A stretch of DNA of 61,954 bases, filler included. It is 7 parts of 7 records of this genome, joined end to end, with 100 filler letters (N's around TTAATTAATTAA, not from the genome) between each part and the next. Parts side by side here need not be neighbours in the genome. Positions count along the whole stretch, not along the records: positions 55,710 to 61,954 come from DRR723986_7989; 6 more parts are not named here. The stretch is one strand, 5' to 3'. Under the pieces are notes generated by a model, which saw nothing but the letters and a program-made list of their open reading frames with translations, was not told the DNA's origin and searched no databases. Below are positions 58,514-61,954 of this stretch, one piece after another; position 1 is the stretch's first letter, and each line of letters starts with the position of its first letter. A program made the position numbers and the translations under genes.

Positions 58514-59289
58514 TGCTGTGCGTGTTCCTTATTATATTTATGAATAACGGTCAGGCCATGCATGGTCAGATCGTCTTCTATTGTGTCAAACAGGCTTTGT
58601 GCCTGCGCGAAAAGTGGCGCCAAACCGCCCGTGCCGATCACTTTCATCGGCTTGCCATATTCGGCCTTGATACGCGAGGTAATACCTTCGATCAGGCCGA
58701 TATAGCCCCAAAAAACCCCAGATTGAATGCAGGCCACGGTATTTGTGCCAATAATCCGCTCGGGCTGGCTGATATCGACATGCGGCAGGGCGGCCGCGCC
58801 CATATGCAGCGCCTCTAAGCTTAGGTTCACGCCTGGGGCAATCACCCCACCCACATAGGCGCCATCTGCGGCGACCACATCGAAATTGGTGGCTGTGCCA
58901 AAATCAACCACCACCACATTGCCGCCATGGCGGTCAAACGCGCCCGCCGCATTGGCCAGCCGGTCGGGGCCCACTTGGGTGCCGGGATCAACCCGCGGGA
59001 TATGGGGCAGCAGGCATTCGGGTTTGCCCACCACCAATGGGCGGCAATTAAAAAAGCGGTCCGCAAAAACGCGCAGGTTCCACACCACACGCGGCACGGT
59101 AGAGGAAATCACCACATCGGTGATATCGGCATTGATGCCGTAATGCTTGACCAAGGTGGTGAACCAGGTGAAATACGCATCCGCCGTGCGGCCATGATGG
59201 GTTGAGGTGCGCAGCGTGCACAGCCATTTTTGCCCATCCCAAATGGAAAACACCGTGTTGGTATTGCCACAATCAATTGCCAGAAGCAT
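58510..59289 (-). CDS. coaX: Type III pantothenate kinase
   Basis: LLAIDCGNTNT, GPDR, VVDFGTATNFD, GGVIAPG, TGG. Confidence 0.93.
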   Translation of the reverse strand: MLLAIDCGNTNTVFSIWDGQKWLCTLRTSTHHGRTADAYFTWFTTLVKHYGINADITDVVISSTVPRVVWNLRVFADRFFNCRPLVVGKPECLLPHIPRVDPGTQVGPDRLANAAGAFDRHGGNVVVVDFGTATNFDVVAADGAYVGGVIAPGVNLSLEALHMGAAALPHVDISQPERIIGTNTVACIQSGVFWGYIGLIEGITSRIKAEYGKPMKVIGTGGLAPLFAQAQSLFDTIEDDLTMHGLTVIHKYNKEHAQQ

Positions 59290-60047
59290 CAATAGCCCCC
59301 TTCCCAGAAAACATCGGCCGCAGCTATGGCCTGCCGCCCTTGTGCCGTGTGAAGAACCAAGTTTCCAGTCTCGTCAATGGTTTCAAACGTGCCTGTGAAA
59401 CTATCGCGCATGGTGCGGGCGGTGATGACTTGGCCCAACCGTGCCGCCCGCTGCAGCCATGCGGTGCGTATAGGCGCAAAGCCCGCTTGCTGAAACTGCC
59501 GGTCAAAACTGGCAAAATGCTGTGCCAATTCGCCCAAAAACGCCTCGGCTGGCATCAACAGCCCGGTTTCCGCCGCTAGGGCGACCGGGCGCAGCGCGCC
59601 GCCCTCTAGCTGGCCACCCTCGGGGGCATGGGCCAGGTTAACCCCAATGCCAATGACCAAAACCAGCCCATCACGCGCAGTGGCGCTGCTTTCCAGCAAA
59701 ATACCCGCCAGCTTGCCGCCATCAAGCAGCACGTCATTTGGCCATTTCAGCGAAAACCGTTGCGGCGTGCCGGTCAGCGCGCTGCAGGCCTCGAATAGTG
59801 CCAGCGAGGCCACAAAGGAATAAAGCGCGGCATGCTCGGGCCCGCTGGCCGGGCGCAACAGCAGGCTGGCGGCGAAATTTCCCGCAGGGTCGGCCCAGGC
59901 ACGGCCACGCCGGCCGCGGCCGCGGGTTTGCCTATGGGCAAAAACCCAAGTTGGGCCCGCCATTTCCGGCGCGCGCCGCAGGGCTTCGGCATTGGTGCTG
60001 TCAATCTCGGGCAGGATGACCCGCCCATAGTCCTGGGGCCAGCCCAT
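59289..60047 (-). CDS. birA: Biotin--protein ligase
   Basis: DSTN, QTRGRGRRGRAW, KWPNDV, KLAGIL, GIGVN. Confidence 0.93.
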   Translation of the reverse strand: MGWPQDYGRVILPEIDSTNAEALRRAPEMAGPTWVFAHRQTRGRGRRGRAWADPAGNFAASLLLRPASGPEHAALYSFVASLALFEACSALTGTPQRFSLKWPNDVLLDGGKLAGILLESSATARDGLVLVIGIGVNLAHAPEGGQLEGGALRPVALAAETGLLMPAEAFLGELAQHFASFDRQFQQAGFAPIRTAWLQRAARLGQVITARTMRDSFTGTFETIDETGNLVLHTAQGRQAIAAADVFWEGGY

Positions 60048-60116
60048 CAGCCGCCCCCCGCAAACGCATGCGGCCCCCAATAAGGGAGCCGCAAATGCCG
60101 TTTGCCGATATGCGCC

Positions 60117-61556
60117 TTAGTTAACAAGCGTCGCAGCGGCCGCGGCGGCCACGCTTTCCAGGCCAAACATGTTGACCACGCCCACCACCATCACAAGGGC
60201 CGAGCCCATCAAACACACCCAAAGCACAGGTGCGCGGGCGGTTTGCAGGGTTTCCCCCTCGGCGCCGAAATACATGAAGAACACGATGCGCAGGTAGTAA
60301 AAGGCGCCAATGGCCGATGCCACGGCCGAGGCCACAACCAGCCACACCATATCCACCGCCAGCGCCGCCTGCCACACACCCAGCTTGGCGAAAAAGCCCA
60401 GCATGGGCGGCACACCGGCCAAGCTGAAGAGCAGCACCAACAGCGCCAGGGCGCGCGCAGGTTCGCGTTTGGCATAAAGGTTCAGCGCTGAAATATCCGT
60501 AACCGGCTGGCCATCTTTTTCCATCGCCAGAATAAAGGCAAAAGTGCCGATATTCATCGTCACGTAAATGGCCATATAGGTCAGCATGGCCTGCACGCCC
60601 AGGGCGGTGCCCGCGGCCAGGCCAATCATCGCATAGCCCATATGCGCAATCGAGGAAAACGCCATCAGACGTTTGATATTGGTCTGCCCAATGGCCGCCA
60701 CAGCGCCCAAAAACATCGACAGAACCGACAGCATCGCAATGATCTGGCTCCAGTCATGGCTGACACCGCCAAAGGCATCGTGCAACACGCGGGCAAACAG
60801 CCCCATGGCCGCCACTTTGGGCGCGGTGGCAAAAAACGCCGTAACCGGGGTTGGGGCGCCCTCGTATACATCGGGGGTCCACATGTGAAAGGGCACGGCC
60901 GAGATTTTAAACGCCAGCCCTGCCACCATGAACGACAGGCCAAACAGCAGCCCCACCGGGGTATAGCCCTCGCCCGCGGCGGCGATGATGCCGCTGAACA
61001 GCGTGGTGCCGGCAAAGCCATAGACCAGCGACGCCCCATACAGCAGCAAACCCGACGACAGCGCGCCCAGCACAAAATATTTCAGCCCCGCCTCGGTCGA
61101 TTTCACACTATCGCGGCGGAAAGCGGCAATCACATACAGCGCCAGCGATTGCAGCTCGAGCCCCATGTAAAGCGCAATCAGATCGCCGGCCGAGACCATC
61201 ACCATCATGCCCACAGTGGCCAAGGCCACCAGCACCGGGTATTCAAACCGCGCCAGCCCGCGACGGGCCATGTAATCTTGGCTCATCACCAGCACCACTG
61301 CGCCGCTGAGCAGAATGGTAACTTTGGCAAAACGGGCAAAGCCATCGTCGTGGAACATGCCGCCAAAGGCCACGTTGGTGCCCTGCCCCGACAGCGCAAT
61401 CCACATCGCCACCAGCGCCATGACAGCCGCCGTCAGCCAGGTCAGCGCGCCGCTTAAGCGGTCTTTGCCAGTATAGACCGCCCCCAAAAGCGCCAGCATC
61501 GCATACACGCTGATGACGATCTCTGGCAAAATGACATTCAGATCAGCCTGGATCAT
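60117..61556 (-). CDS. nuoN: NADH-quinone oxidoreductase subunit N
   Basis: [39 protein letters not shown]; start re-called at MIQAD. Confidence 0.95.
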   Translation of the reverse strand: MIQADLNVILPEIVISVYAMLALLGAVYTGKDRLSGALTWLTAAVMALVAMWIALSGQGTNVAFGGMFHDDGFARFAKVTILLSGAVVLVMSQDYMARRGLARFEYPVLVALATVGMMVMVSAGDLIALYMGLELQSLALYVIAAFRRDSVKSTEAGLKYFVLGALSSGLLLYGASLVYGFAGTTLFSGIIAAAGEGYTPVGLLFGLSFMVAGLAFKISAVPFHMWTPDVYEGAPTPVTAFFATAPKVAAMGLFARVLHDAFGGVSHDWSQIIAMLSVLSMFLGAVAAIGQTNIKRLMAFSSIAHMGYAMIGLAAGTALGVQAMLTYMAIYVTMNIGTFAFILAMEKDGQPVTDISALNLYAKREPARALALLVLLFSLAGVPPMLGFFAKLGVWQAALAVDMVWLVVASAVASAIGAFYYLRIVFFMYFGAEGETLQTARAPVLWVCLMGSALVMVVGVVNMFGLESVAAAAAATLVN

Positions 61557-61569
61557 TGTCTTCGGCTCC

Positions 61570-61954
61570 TTAGTGGGATGCGGCCACTTGGGTGGCGGCG
61601 CGTGCGCCCTCGCCCAAAGCCGTTTCATAATTCTGGATCAGCGCCTCGACCGAGGGGCCAATGATATCGGTGATCAAGCTGGGGTAGACCCCCAACAGCA
61701 GCGTCATAAACACCAAGGGCGCAAAAATGGCGCGCTCGCGGCGGGTCATGTCGGTGATGGCTTTCAGGCTTTCCTTGATCAGATCGCCCATCACCACACG
61801 GCGATACAGCCACAGCGCATAAGCCGCCGACAAAATCACCCCAGATGTTGCCACGGCCGCCACCCAAGTGTTCACCTGGAAAATGCCCATCAAGGTCAGG
61901 AATTCACCCACAAATCCCGATGTGCCCGGCAGGCCCACGTTGGCCATGGTGAAG
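61570..61954 (-). CDS. nuoM: NADH-quinone oxidoreductase subunit M, 5'-truncated
   Basis: [17 protein letters not shown]...YALWLYRRV. Confidence 0.95.
   Translation of the reverse strand, partial: FTMANVGLPGTSGFVGEFLTLMGIFQVNTWVAAVATSGVILSAAYALWLYRRVVMGDLIKESLKAITDMTRRERAIFAPLVFMTLLLGVYPSLITDIIGPSVEALIQNYETALGEGARAATQVAASH

Overview
This window is not one locus. It is seven unrelated contigs joined by artificial 100-nt spacers (44 N + TTAATTAATTAA + 44 N) at 17683-17782, 32353-32452, 37719-37818, 44036-44135, 50124-50223 and 55610-55709. Contig 1 (1-17682, AT-rich, Bacteroidota, probably Cytophagia/Cyclobacteriaceae-like) is accessory DNA: decayed IS3 and IS110 elements, an AraC/VOC pair, and then the main finding. 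That is a three-component proteolytic signalling module: a signal-peptide-bearing, C-terminally membrane-anchored TPR-CHAT (caspase-like) protease, an ECF sigma factor, and a single-pass TPR anti-sigma candidate. An exact bipartite motif TGTTTACC-N16-GACTAAG occurs three times: before the sigma gene itself (probably leaderless), before an OmpA/lipocalin unit, and before an 8-gene run of secreted or lipoprotein genes of mostly unknown function. This defines a likely sigma regulon from sequence alone. The other six contigs are Alphaproteobacteria, mostly Rhodobacteraceae-like, with contig 4 Roseibium/Labrenzia-like (taxonomy inferred from gene content). They are largely housekeeping: dapE, rnr, polyamine uptake, TRAP transporter, dxs, xseB, sua5, pyk, cobA, spc-operon genes, nuoMN, birA, coaX, rnj. 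They also carry tandem Hint-domain genes, several visible operator palindromes, two unannotated sRNA candidates, and an adenylate cyclase/DUF1127 insertion that splits the spc operon. No CRISPR array, rRNA or tRNA was seen. All family assignments come from motif recognition by eye; no database searches were run.
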